From positions 139,067-203,066 of the forward strand of contig JACQEP010000016.1 in the NCBI GenBank assembly GCA_016200485.1: DNA of 64,000 nt. The letters run 5' to 3'. The stretch is from Gammaproteobacteria bacterium. Lineage in GTDB: Bacteria; Pseudomonadota; Gammaproteobacteria; Tenderiales; Tenderiaceae. A model generated the notes under the pieces. The model was not told the origin of the DNA, did no database searches, and was given only the letters and a program-made list of their open reading frames with translations. Below are positions 1 to 7,304 of this stretch, piece after piece (within the stretch, counting starts at the first letter, position 1; every line of letters begins with the position of its first letter). The translations under genes and the position numbers were made by a program.

Positions 1-709
1 TGCACGACAATGGCCGCCCGGTACGGCCGACCATCTCGACCTCTTCCTTGAGGCGTTGATCAAAAAAGCGGCGGTTGTTGATGGCGGTGAGCGTGTCCGT
101 CAGTCCCTGACGTTTGATCCGCTCCATGTTGATGGCATTTTCGATACAAATAGCCACCACGGCGACAAAATGTTCCAGAAAATCGGTGCGTACGCCGCGC
201 ACAAAGCGTGCCGATTCGAAACTGCCGATGTTAAAACTGCCGATCAAACGGCCATAACGCACCAACGGCAGTAATGCGATACTGGAAGGGCGGCGGCCGT
301 GCTGAAAAATTCTGGAATGTTTATCTGCGCGATAGGGGCCCAGCAATGGAAAGAGTGAGGCCACGTGCATGTCCGTCATTTCGTCCACACTGGAGACAAA
401 GATCAGTTGCGGCATGGCTTCGAGCTTGACGCCTTCATCCATCAGTGCGCGGCGGATTTCGTATTCGGGGTCGAATAACAGCAAACTGACCGCATCCCAG
501 CCGCCATGGTCTTCCTGGTTAACGATGGCGCGCAACAGGTCAACCAACGAACTCAAACCGACGAGACGTAACTCCAGCGCCTGGAAACGGCGCATCTTGC
601 GTTCGTTATGACGCCCCTCGGTCATCAGCTCCTGCAGACGTTGCGTCAGCAGGCGATTTTGCGCGGCGAGGTCTTCGCTTTTGTCCCGGCTTTTTTCCGG
701 TGCTATCAA
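1..709 (-). CDS. Diguanylate cyclase (GAF/DUF484-like N-terminus + GGDEF domain), runs off the window edge
   Basis: Not in the ORF track. Hand translation from TTG at 709 is open to position 2 and ends ...GLTDTLTAINNRRFFDQRLKEEVEMVGRTGRPLSC, the typical start of a GGDEF domain, preceded by GAF-like SIALLPLVRYGRLIGSFNIGS. Confidence 0.8.
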   Translation of the reverse strand, partial: MIAPEKSRDKSEDLAAQNRLLTQRLQELMTEGRHNERKMRRFQALELRLVGLSSLVDLLRAIVNQEDHGGWDAVSLLLFDPEYEIRRALMDEGVKLEAMPQLIFVSSVDEMTDMHVASLFPLLGPYRADKHSRIFQHGRRPSSIALLPLVRYGRLIGSFNIGSFESARFVRGVRTDFLEHFVAVVAICIENAINMERIKRQGLTDTLTAINNRRFFDQRLKEEVEMVGRTGRPLSC

Positions 710-790
710 CGTCCGTTTCCCCCAAATCCAGCTCTGTCACCTAACCACATCTCTGGTGGGTAACAGTTTCCCCATACGCCTTCCTTGGTT

Positions 791-817
791 ATAACGGGCG
801 TTCGCCGCCTACCTTTA
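791..817 (-). promoter_or_regulatory. Putative sigma-28 (FliA) promoter of the diguanylate cyclase
   Basis: Minus strand TAAAG-N14-CCCGTTAT versus consensus TAAAG-N14-GCCGATAA. Confidence 0.45.
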
Positions 818-905
818 GCGAACACCCCACCCAAAATAGACCATTACGGCTTTTTTTGCGACCGTGTGGCTGTTAGCCGGAACACGATATGTATAATCTC
901 AAGTG

Positions 906-2936
906 ATGGATGCCGCCACACTGCAACCCTTCTTCGACTGGATTGCCCAACACCCATGGTGGGCGGGTATTGTTGTATTGCTGATCTCAATTAGCGAATC
1001 GCTGGCCATTGTCGGCCTGTTCGTGCCAGGCGTGGCCTTGATGTTCGGCCTGGGCACCCTGATTGCGCTCGGCACCTTGCCCTTCTGGTCCACGGTAGGC
1101 TGGGCGGTTGCGGGTGCTGTTGTCGGCGATGGGGTGAGCTACTGGTTCGGCCGGCATCTTAAAAACCGCGTGCCTGACATGTGGCCGTTTTCGCGCCGCC
1201 CCCGTTTGCTGGAACGCGGCAAGCGTTTTTTTGAGCGTCATGGCGGCAAAAGCATCATTTTCGGGCGCTTCGTCGGGCCGGTACGCGCCGTCATTCCCAT
1301 GATTGCGGGCATGTTGCACATGTCTCCCTGGCGTTTTACCGGTTTCAATGTCTTTTCCGCGATTGTCTGGGCACCACTTTATCTGTTGCCCGGCATTATC
1401 TTCGGCGCATCACTCAACCTGGCCTCTGAAGTCGCCTCGCGTCTCACGACGCTGATCGTCGTGACCCTGCTCATCCTGTGGCTCGGTGGCTGGTCCGGGC
1501 ATCGTGTTTATCGATTCATCGCGCCACGCACCGCGGCCATCATTGAGCGGCTACTGACCTGGAGCCGCAACCACCGCTATTGGGGTCATTTCACTCGGGT
1601 ATTGCTCGATCCACAGCAACCGGAAGCCAAGACCCTGACCATACTCGCGGTGGTCCTGATGCTGGTGGCGTGGCTGATCCTCAGTCTGTTTCAGCAATTC
1701 AGCGCCGGGCCACCGCTGGCGCGGCTGGATCAGAGCGTTTACAACCTGTTACAGGAACTGCGCACGCCGTGGGGAGATCAAATCATGATCACCATCTCCC
1801 AATTAGGCGAAGGCGTGGTTGCGACTTCCTTGGTGATTACATTAGCGGCGTGGCTGATCCTGAAACGACACTGGCTGGCGCTTGCGCATTGGCTTGCAGC
1901 GGGCGCCTTTGCCGCGATTGCCAGCTGGACGCTAAAACAAACACTGCATATGACACGCCCCGGCAGCGCAATGTATGACGGCAGCATGAGTTTCAGCTTC
2001 CCCAGTGCCCATGCTGTGCTGGCCACCTGCCTGTATGGTTTCCTCGCCACCATGATCGCACGCGAAGTTTCCTTCAAATGGCGCTGGCCGATTTATTCCT
2101 GCGCCTGGCTGATCATTCTCAGCATCGGCTTTTCGCGCCTGTATCTCGGCGCGCACTGGCTTTCGGATGTGATCGGCGGAATTGTGTTGGGCCTGCTGTG
2201 GACCATCGCCCTGGGCACTGCTTATCGGCGCCATCTCATCCCCAAGATCTCGCTGATTGCGCTGTGCGTGATTCCTGTTCTCACTCTCGCCACGTTAGGT
2301 GCCTGGTATGTCGCCGACACACGCGCTGAAAATCTAGCCCGCTATGAACGCCACTACACGGTCACCACCCTGCCAGCCCAACGCTGGCGGGATCGGAATT
2401 GGCATGACATACCTGTTTACCGTATTGACGCCGGTGGCAAGTTAACTCAGCCGCTTAATTTGCAATGGGCAGGCCCTCTGGATGAACTCAAACAGCACCT
2501 GATTGAACTCGGCTGGCAAACTCCAAAACCATTGACCTGGACCTCGGCCCTGCTCTGGCTGACGCCATCTCCCAAACTGGATCAATTGCCGCTATTACCC
2601 AACGTCCATAACGGCCGTCATGCGGCACTTGTGTTAACGCTTCCCGAAAATCAATTGCTACTCAAACTCTGGCCCGCAGATATCACTCTGGACAATAACG
2701 CGCGTACACTATGGGTGGGATACGTCGCTCGCCAAGCCCTGACGCAATACGCCTGGCTGAGCGCGCCAATCACAGCGCTTGATTTCGATACGCCGTTGCA
2801 ACAGTTCAAACCCTTCATCGCAACCTTGCCCTCGCAGATTGTGCATCGCACGGCGCAGGAACGCACGGGCAAACTCTTCTGGCGCGGCGAAGTATTACTG
2901 CTCTGGTCACCTAATGCGGGACCTCCCGCACCTTGA
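906..2936 (+). CDS. DedA family / PAP2 phosphatase / LssY C-terminal-like fusion membrane protein
   Basis: DedA motifs (ESLAIVGLFVPG, GRFVGPVRAVIP); PAP2 motifs (KQTLHMTRP, SFPSAH, SRLYLGAHWLSDV); C-terminal QPLNLQWAG domain. Confidence 0.9.
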   Translation: MDAATLQPFFDWIAQHPWWAGIVVLLISISESLAIVGLFVPGVALMFGLGTLIALGTLPFWSTVGWAVAGAVVGDGVSYWFGRHLKNRVPDMWPFSRRPRLLERGKRFFERHGGKSIIFGRFVGPVRAVIPMIAGMLHMSPWRFTGFNVFSAIVWAPLYLLPGIIFGASLNLASEVASRLTTLIVVTLLILWLGGWSGHRVYRFIAPRTAAIIERLLTWSRNHRYWGHFTRVLLDPQQPEAKTLTILAVVLMLVAWLILSLFQQFSAGPPLARLDQSVYNLLQELRTPWGDQIMITISQLGEGVVATSLVITLAAWLILKRHWLALAHWLAAGAFAAIASWTLKQTLHMTRPGSAMYDGSMSFSFPSAHAVLATCLYGFLATMIAREVSFKWRWPIYSCAWLIILSIGFSRLYLGAHWLSDVIGGIVLGLLWTIALGTAYRRHLIPKISLIALCVIPVLTLATLGAWYVADTRAENLARYERHYTVTTLPAQRWRDRNWHDIPVYRIDAGGKLTQPLNLQWAGPLDELKQHLIELGWQTPKPLTWTSALLWLTPSPKLDQLPLLPNVHNGRHAALVLTLPENQLLLKLWPADITLDNNARTLWVGYVARQALTQYAWLSAPITALDFDTPLQQFKPFIATLPSQIVHRTAQERTGKLFWRGEVLLLWSPNAGPPAP

Positions 2937-3292
2937 AAAACCAGTCTTTCAACGCTCGCCTTGGATTTGCCATCGCCGGACTCCGTGCCGCTTGGCACAG
3001 TGAACGCAGTCTGCGCACCCAGGCCTATCTCGCCGCGATATTGCTGATGGTGATGCTGTGGCTGCAACCTGATGCACTCTGGTGGGCAGTGATCGGCATC
3101 ATGGCAACGCTGGTATTTGCTGCTGAATTGATCAACACCGCGCTGGAACAACTGGCGGATCACCTGCACCCGGAGCAACACCCAAAAATCAAAATGGTAA
3201 AAGATTGCGCAGCAGGTGCCGTTCTGATTCTAAGCATTGGGTCATTGTGGGTGGCGGCGTGGATGTTGATTGATACTGTTATTGGAAAATAA
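2933..3292 (+). CDS. dgkA: Prokaryotic diacylglycerol/undecaprenol kinase
   Basis: AELINTALEQLAD and KMVKDCAAGAV motifs, 3 TM segments; 4-bp overlap with the upstream gene. Confidence 0.85.
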   Translation: MKNQSFNARLGFAIAGLRAAWHSERSLRTQAYLAAILLMVMLWLQPDALWWAVIGIMATLVFAAELINTALEQLADHLHPEQHPKIKMVKDCAAGAVLILSIGSLWVAAWMLIDTVIGK

Positions 3293-3293
3293 C

Positions 3294-4400
3294 CTAATTT
3301 TCCTCTATTAAAAACGAAGCGAACAACCGGTCTTCAATCAAGTAAACACCGTTCGCCGGCTGACTCAGAACCCTGGCCCGTTTCAATCTGGAAAGTGCCG
3401 CGCGCACTTGTGCAATAGTCGCCTCGGATTTCTTTATCTTGCCAAGCAGTGCCAACGTTTCCTTACCGAATGGCGACCCACCTCTTGCCAGCAACACCAA
3501 CAATGCGCGATCAAACGGTGAGAGTCCATTGAGTAGTGCATGCCAGCCAGCCTGTTGATGCGAACTCTTGATCATTCGCTTGACCGCTGCATCAACATCG
3601 GTACTTCCCTCGGCGGACATTGATTTTACAATGTCTTTCATCAGGTCCGGCTTATAACCAATGTACGCGAACACTCGCCTGAGCTCGGAAATGACCAGAG
3701 ATTTTCCCGTGTGGATCTTGGCGAAATGCTGTGCGAGCAATTCGAGATACTCATCACCGAGCACCGGGAAGTCGATAAGCTGCGCGAACTGATACATTGG
3801 CCCGCCCGACGCAACCATCATCGCCGCCAACGTTTCCTGTGACGATCCCGTGAACACGGCATACACCTCTCTATGCCGTTTTTGCAGCACGGCCCGCAAA
3901 GCGGCTATCGCCGACTGTCCATTGGCCAGCGCCCCGAGTTGCTGAACTTCATCAAGCATGAGCAGTACAGGTCTGCCAGCCGCAGCATACAACCTCGCCA
4001 CCAGGGTATCGAACCGCAACTCGGTTTTGGCGGGCAAAGGCCCGGCGCCCGGAACTTCCCCAAGTTCAATGGCAGCCCCAAAGGCACCGATTTTCTTCAC
4101 CGGCGTTTTCGCGGCCTTGCCCAGCGCCGTCTTCGGCACCATGACCGCTTCCAATGCCTCTTCCAAGGCATGAGTGATTGCCGCAAGAGGATCATCCTGC
4201 TGCAACCATAAATCAGCATAAACGGGCACCAGCTTTGCCTTCCGCGCCACCGGGTACAGGTCGTGTAACAGAAAGTAGGTTTTCCCAACCCTTCGCGGGG
4301 CGAAGAGCGCCAGAGGACGACCCGGCTGGGCCTCCAGCAACGTCAGATAACTTTGCGCCAGCTTGGTTCGCCGTACCTTCAAATCGTCGAAAGTTTCCAC
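3294..4400 (-). CDS. P-loop ATPase (archaeal-ATPase/STAND-like) with probable C-terminal winged helix
   Basis: Walker A APRRVGKT, Walker B LMLDEVQ, FTGS sensor, C-terminal VRAALSRLKRARVL..NGVYLIED. Confidence 0.8.
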   Translation of the reverse strand: METFDDLKVRRTKLAQSYLTLLEAQPGRPLALFAPRRVGKTYFLLHDLYPVARKAKLVPVYADLWLQQDDPLAAITHALEEALEAVMVPKTALGKAAKTPVKKIGAFGAAIELGEVPGAGPLPAKTELRFDTLVARLYAAAGRPVLLMLDEVQQLGALANGQSAIAALRAVLQKRHREVYAVFTGSSQETLAAMMVASGGPMYQFAQLIDFPVLGDEYLELLAQHFAKIHTGKSLVISELRRVFAYIGYKPDLMKDIVKSMSAEGSTDVDAAVKRMIKSSHQQAGWHALLNGLSPFDRALLVLLARGGSPFGKETLALLGKIKKSEATIAQVRAALSRLKRARVLSQPANGVYLIEDRLFASFLIEEN

Positions 4401-4420
4401 GATGCGCCCCTTTGCTGTTC

Positions 4421-4450
4421 ATTGTCGTTTATAACAACAATTGCTGTCAA
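4421..4450 (-). promoter_or_regulatory. Sigma-70-like promoter with overlapping palindromic operator upstream of the ATPase
   Basis: TTGACA-N18-GACAAT on the minus strand; inverted repeat ATTGTCGTT-N3-AACAACAAT (8/9) at 4421-4441. Confidence 0.45.
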
Positions 4451-4477
4451 TGACGACATTACGCCACAACAGCCAGC

Positions 4478-4524
4478 GATATATTGATAAAAAAGTTCGT
4501 AATTAAGATATAAAGTTTGTAATT
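4478..4524 (+). repeat. Left terminal inverted repeat (terminus reads GAT rather than TGT)
   Basis: GATATATTGATAAAAAAGTTCGTAATTAAGATATAAAGTTTGTAATT; contains two tandem ~20-bp AAAGTTYGTAATT units. Confidence 0.85.
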
Positions 4525-4675
4525 AAACACCCAATCCAATGTTCACGTTTTGGTCGCGCTGACCTGCCTCCTCCGTATGTGCATGAAAACATAGGATGGG
4601 AAATGTGAAAGCATAGGTTGGCCAGCGTTTATTGATCCGGCCAAAAGAAGTTTTAACTTCGATCGGCACGGATAC

Positions 4676-4701
4676 CCCCTCTCCCGCGAGCGGGAGAGGG
4701 G
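4676..4701. repeat. REP-like palindrome
   Basis: CCCCTCTCCCGC-GA-GCGGGAGAGGGG, perfect 12-bp arms. Confidence 0.7.
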
Positions 4702-4731
4702 CGATTTCAAACATATTCATGCCGTATCAAT

Positions 4732-4789
4732 AGTGAACCTTAGCGTTCAGCCGCGCGCCTTTTGCGTCGGCTGGAACGCTTTGTTAGAG
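4732..4789 (-). other. attC site 1 (BrnTA cassette)
   Basis: Minus strand CTCTAAC...GTTCACT; the plus (bottom) strand folds AGCGTTC-AGCCG-CGC with GCG-T-CGGCT-G-GAACGCT, leaving the canonical extrahelical T and G. Confidence 0.85.
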
Positions 4790-5021
4790 GTTGCTTGTGG
4801 GCCAACGTATATGCATCTAATAGCCGACGGATCATCTTCTGGTATTGGGTATGATGCTTTTCTGCCTCGTCCTTGAAAAAATTAACGCTTTCCTTGCTCA
4901 GGGCAATCGTAACTTTTACAGTATCTTCCTTAAATACAAGCTCCTCCGGTGCGGGTAGGAAATCCGGCACAACCCTTAAGGGGCCAATTGGCTCATCAGT
5001 GTATTTGGTTTTCGCGCTCAT
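4740..5021 (-). CDS. brnA: BrnA/CopG-like ribbon-helix-helix antitoxin
   Basis: MSAKTKYTDEP...DFLPAPEEL...KVTIALSKESVNFFK...YQKMIRRLLDAY; overlaps the brnT stop. Confidence 0.8.
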   Translation of the reverse strand: MSAKTKYTDEPIGPLRVVPDFLPAPEELVFKEDTVKVTIALSKESVNFFKDEAEKHHTQYQKMIRRLLDAYTLAHKQPLTKRSSRRKRRAAER

Positions 5022-5283
5022 AGATTTGTTTGCCTTTGCGCCAATAGCCAGCCCCGAAAATTCGGATAAGACCACGGCGATATGTAAAACAGACAGTCAA
5101 AATACCGTCCCCAACTTTCCCGAAACAGTAATACCGTTTTTCGCTATGGCTGTGGGATAAGTCTTCAGCAATAACACGGTCTGGATCTGCGAAAGCATAC
5201 TGAGCTTCGGCGAATGAAACACCGTGTTTAGCTTGATTGACAAGATTCTTCTCGGAATCCCATTCGAAGCCTTCCTTGCTCAT
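4996..5283 (-). CDS. brnT: BrnT family toxin
   Basis: FEWDSEKNLVNQAKHGVSF...EKRYYCFG...IRIFGA signature. Confidence 0.9.
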   Translation of the reverse strand: MSKEGFEWDSEKNLVNQAKHGVSFAEAQYAFADPDRVIAEDLSHSHSEKRYYCFGKVGDGILTVCFTYRRGLIRIFGAGYWRKGKQIYERENQIH

Positions 5284-5315
5284 GAGACAAACCTAGCAGA
5301 ATCCAAGCTATTTGT

Positions 5316-5346
5316 CCATATTATTATATGGCTTTTTATATGGCTT
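5316..5346 (-). promoter_or_regulatory. Cassette-borne promoter/operator of brnTA
   Basis: Palindrome CCATAT-TATT-ATATGG plus direct repeat TATATGGCTT x2 in an AT-rich stretch upstream of brnT. Confidence 0.5.
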
Positions 5347-5367
5347 GCTCCATGCCAGCTTGGCAAC

Positions 5368-5424
5368 CTCTAACGGCACCCATCAGCCGCGCCGCTTTTT
5401 GGCGTCGGCTGGATAGGTTTAGCC
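5368..5424 (-). other. attC site 2 (R'' box degenerate)
   Basis: Plus strand CTCTAAC..CCATC-AGCCG-CGCC / GGCG-T-CGGCT-G-GATAGG..TTTAGCC; 5363-5374 is the exact reverse complement of 4783-4794. Confidence 0.8.
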
Positions 5425-5526
5425 CAAGGCGACGGGTACTCAAGCCTGAACACCAGTTGACGACGATGCCGAAAACGTGCACCAGAGTCAGGCAAAATGT
5501 ATGCCAATGGCGCCGCTTCAGTTTGG

Positions 5527-5590
5527 GGCTAACGCCAAGCTAAGCCGACGCCCGGAGCAGCGCGGAGGGCGGTTGAGCGCAGGGTTAGAC
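5527..5590 (-). other. attC site 3 (peroxiredoxin cassette, short deletion in one arm)
   Basis: Plus strand GGCTAAC...GTTAGAC; peroxiredoxin stop codon lies within GTCTAAC. Confidence 0.75.
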
Positions 5591-6148
5591 CTGATGTGTC
5601 GTAATCCATGCGATGACCTCACGCGCATTATCATTAGGCGGGAATACCGGATAGAAAACCTTCCGAATAAGGCCATTCATTGCAATGATTGTTAACCGCT
5701 TTATCAGGCGTGTGCCCGCATATTCAAATGTTGGCAGTTTCAGCGCTTGAGCTAAAGTAAGTTGCTCGTCATTGAGCAATGCAAAGGGGAGTTGTAGCCT
5801 TGCATGGGATTCTTGTTGGTCTTCCAAACGTTGCGCGCTCACACCAAACACCTCGACGCCAAGCTGCTTCAACTCAGCGTGAGAATCGCGAAAGGCACAT
5901 GTTTGCGGGGTGCATCCCCTGGCGCCGGGTATGTCATTCCAGCCGATGAGAGGAGGGCTATCGGGACGACCCAGCATGGGGTAGAAATAAATAACCAGTG
6001 TGCCCGTATAAGTGCTGAGATCAACGGCTTTTCCTGTGGTGCTAGTCAGTGAGACCGAAGGTAAGGTGCTCCCCAGTAAATGGTCGCATGCGCCGTCATC
6101 TACTGGAACCGGTAAATTAACGGGTAAAGTGTTTAGGTCTTTTATCAT
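5585..6148 (-). CDS. Peroxiredoxin (BCP/PrxQ-like), gene cassette
   Basis: PGARGCTPQTCAFRD active-site motif; cassette ends 5584-5593 and 6173-6182 are exact reverse complements. Confidence 0.9.
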   Translation of the reverse strand: MIKDLNTLPVNLPVPVDDGACDHLLGSTLPSVSLTSTTGKAVDLSTYTGTLVIYFYPMLGRPDSPPLIGWNDIPGARGCTPQTCAFRDSHAELKQLGVEVFGVSAQRLEDQQESHARLQLPFALLNDEQLTLAQALKLPTFEYAGTRLIKRLTIIAMNGLIRKVFYPVFPPNDNAREVIAWITTHQV

Positions 6149-6175
6149 TTTCCTATCCGGGGACAATTGTTTCAG

Positions 6176-6220
6176 GTCTAACGCTTGCAATCACGCGCTT
6201 GTCGCGTGCATTGCATTGCC
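6176..6220 (-). other. attC site 4 (short, R'' box apparently deleted)
   Basis: GTCTAAC-GCTTGCAAT-CACGCG / CGCGTG-C-ATTGCATT hairpin; the expected GTTATGCC is reduced to GCC. Confidence 0.7.
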
Positions 6221-6223
6221 ATT

Positions 6224-6706
6224 TCATATGCAGCCTTGAACCTCGATTCTCTCTTCAAAGAGTAATTCCTTCACCCTTTTTATTTCAATAAATTCGTATG
6301 GCGATGTTTGCGATTGGGTGACGATGCAATTGCTCCCCGGCTTTTTGATTACAATCTTGGCTTTAATGTATTCACCAAAGTCCTCAATTTTCTCTACCGA
6401 TATTGAGTGGCCGCCAGTAGAGCGCCCGCCAAGGCTTAGCAATACCACTCTTCTCGACGAGAAATCCACTGTGTGCTCTGTAACTGGGTGAATATATAAG
6501 TACAAGCTCGAATTAAATGATGTCTGACTTGTAAACACCTCTATTTTTCTGTTTTCTGGCAAGCCACTTATTGTTTTGTCACCGGATGCTATCACCGTAA
6601 ACGTTACGATTGGCAGTGGTGTATCCGCATTTGACTCGGGGACACAGCTTACTAACAACGGCGCAAGCATTGTTACCAGAACAACCAGCAGTTTATTGAT
6701 TTTCAT
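6224..6706 (-). CDS. Lipoprotein with PrcB C-terminal-like domain, gene cassette
   Basis: Signal peptide with lipobox LVSC; VDFSSRRVVLLSLGGRSTGGHSISV...PGSNCIVTQSQTSPYEFI. Confidence 0.75.
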   Translation of the reverse strand: MKINKLLVVLVTMLAPLLVSCVPESNADTPLPIVTFTVIASGDKTISGLPENRKIEVFTSQTSFNSSLYLYIHPVTEHTVDFSSRRVVLLSLGGRSTGGHSISVEKIEDFGEYIKAKIVIKKPGSNCIVTQSQTSPYEFIEIKRVKELLFEERIEVQGCI

Positions 6707-6723
6707 AAATTTACCTTGATAAG

Positions 6724-6810
6724 GCATAACATTGTGTTGAGCGGCGCGGCGCGCAGAGACAACAGGAAACAGTGTGCCGCTTCACCGCTCCCGACTCGAA
6801 CGCATTATGT
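6724..6810 (-). other. attC site 5 (DUF4160/DUF2442 cassette)
   Basis: GCATAAC..GTGTT-GAG / CTC-G-AACGC..ATTATGT; the DUF2442 stop codon lies in the R'' box. Confidence 0.75.
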
Positions 6811-7071
6811 GCTTTTTGCTTTTTTTGGAAACCGCTCTGGATGCTCAATGATTTCTTGTGTGAGATCGACATCGATTTCCGGCCAATAAAAGCGTCCAGG
6901 TGATGGCTCTTTAACATTCATAATTACCTTTACCGGCTGATCCTTGAACCACGGGAATTCATCGTATGGCATGAATAATTCTTGGTCATGAGCCAACAAC
7001 CAGATTCCGTGAGTAGAGATATTGGTTACTTCAACTGCCGAAGTAGTGTTGCCATGCGCTGATATGCTCAT
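6805..7071 (-). CDS. DUF2442 family protein (antitoxin partner of DUF4160)
   Basis: VEVTNISTHGIWLL...FPWFKD...YWPEIDVDL...PERFP pattern. Confidence 0.85.
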   Translation of the reverse strand: MSISAHGNTTSAVEVTNISTHGIWLLAHDQELFMPYDEFPWFKDQPVKVIMNVKEPSPGRFYWPEIDVDLTQEIIEHPERFPKKAKST

Positions 7072-7159
7072 GATAGTGTTCCTCGATAAGTGACTCGACT
7101 TCTTTCAACTGTTGCCGATTGTAACGGTAGGTTTTCGCAAGCTGTAGTTCCGGCTCAAG
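7031..7159 (-). pseudogene. 5'-truncated DUF4160 family toxin
   Basis: Hand translation LEPELQLAKTYRYNRQQLKEVESLIEEHYHEHISAWQHYFGS*; the N-terminal half is missing, cut about 11 bp inside the right inverted repeat boundary. Confidence 0.75.
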
Positions 7160-7170
7160 GATGAGGTCGA

Positions 7171-7217
7171 AATTACAAACTTTATACCTTAATTACAAAT
7201 TTTTTTATCACTAAACA
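7171..7217 (-). repeat. Right terminal inverted repeat (TGT terminus intact)
   Basis: Minus strand TGTTTAGTGATAAAAAAATTTGTAATTAAGGTATAAAGTTTGTAATT. Confidence 0.85.
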
Positions 7218-7276
7218 CCAGCATGAGAGCGCCAAAAACGGGATTCAAAGGATAACAAGGCGAAAGAAGCTCAACC

Positions 7277-7303
7277 GTAGGGGTGATTTATGAATCGCCC
7301 CTA
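7277..7303. repeat. GTAG-type REP palindrome (family A)
   Basis: GTAGGGGTGATTTATGAATCGCCCCTA, variant of 53656-53683. Confidence 0.8.
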
Positions 7304-7304
7304 A

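Larger units (their letters stand above)
4478..7217. mobile_element. Non-autonomous mini-transposon (Tn7/Tn5053-like ends) carrying an integron cassette array
   Basis: 47-bp terminal inverted repeats (40/47 identical), flanking 5-bp direct repeat CCAGC at 4473-4477 and 7218-7222, five attC sites inside, no transposase or integrase. Confidence 0.75.

Noticed and set aside
3294..4400. ATPase as TnsC/TniB of the adjacent element
   Set aside because: It lies outside the target duplication and its motifs fit the archaeal-ATPase/STAND-like type; no tnsB or tniQ is nearby.
4423..4430. TGTCGTTT matching the first bases of the Tn402 inverted repeat
   Set aside because: The match stops after 8 bp, has no partner end, and lies in the ATPase operator outside the CCAGC duplication.
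4523..4720. 65-aa ORF inside the left part of the element
   Set aside because: It reads through a REP-like palindrome, ends at the inverted repeat, has no attC and has no recognisable motif.
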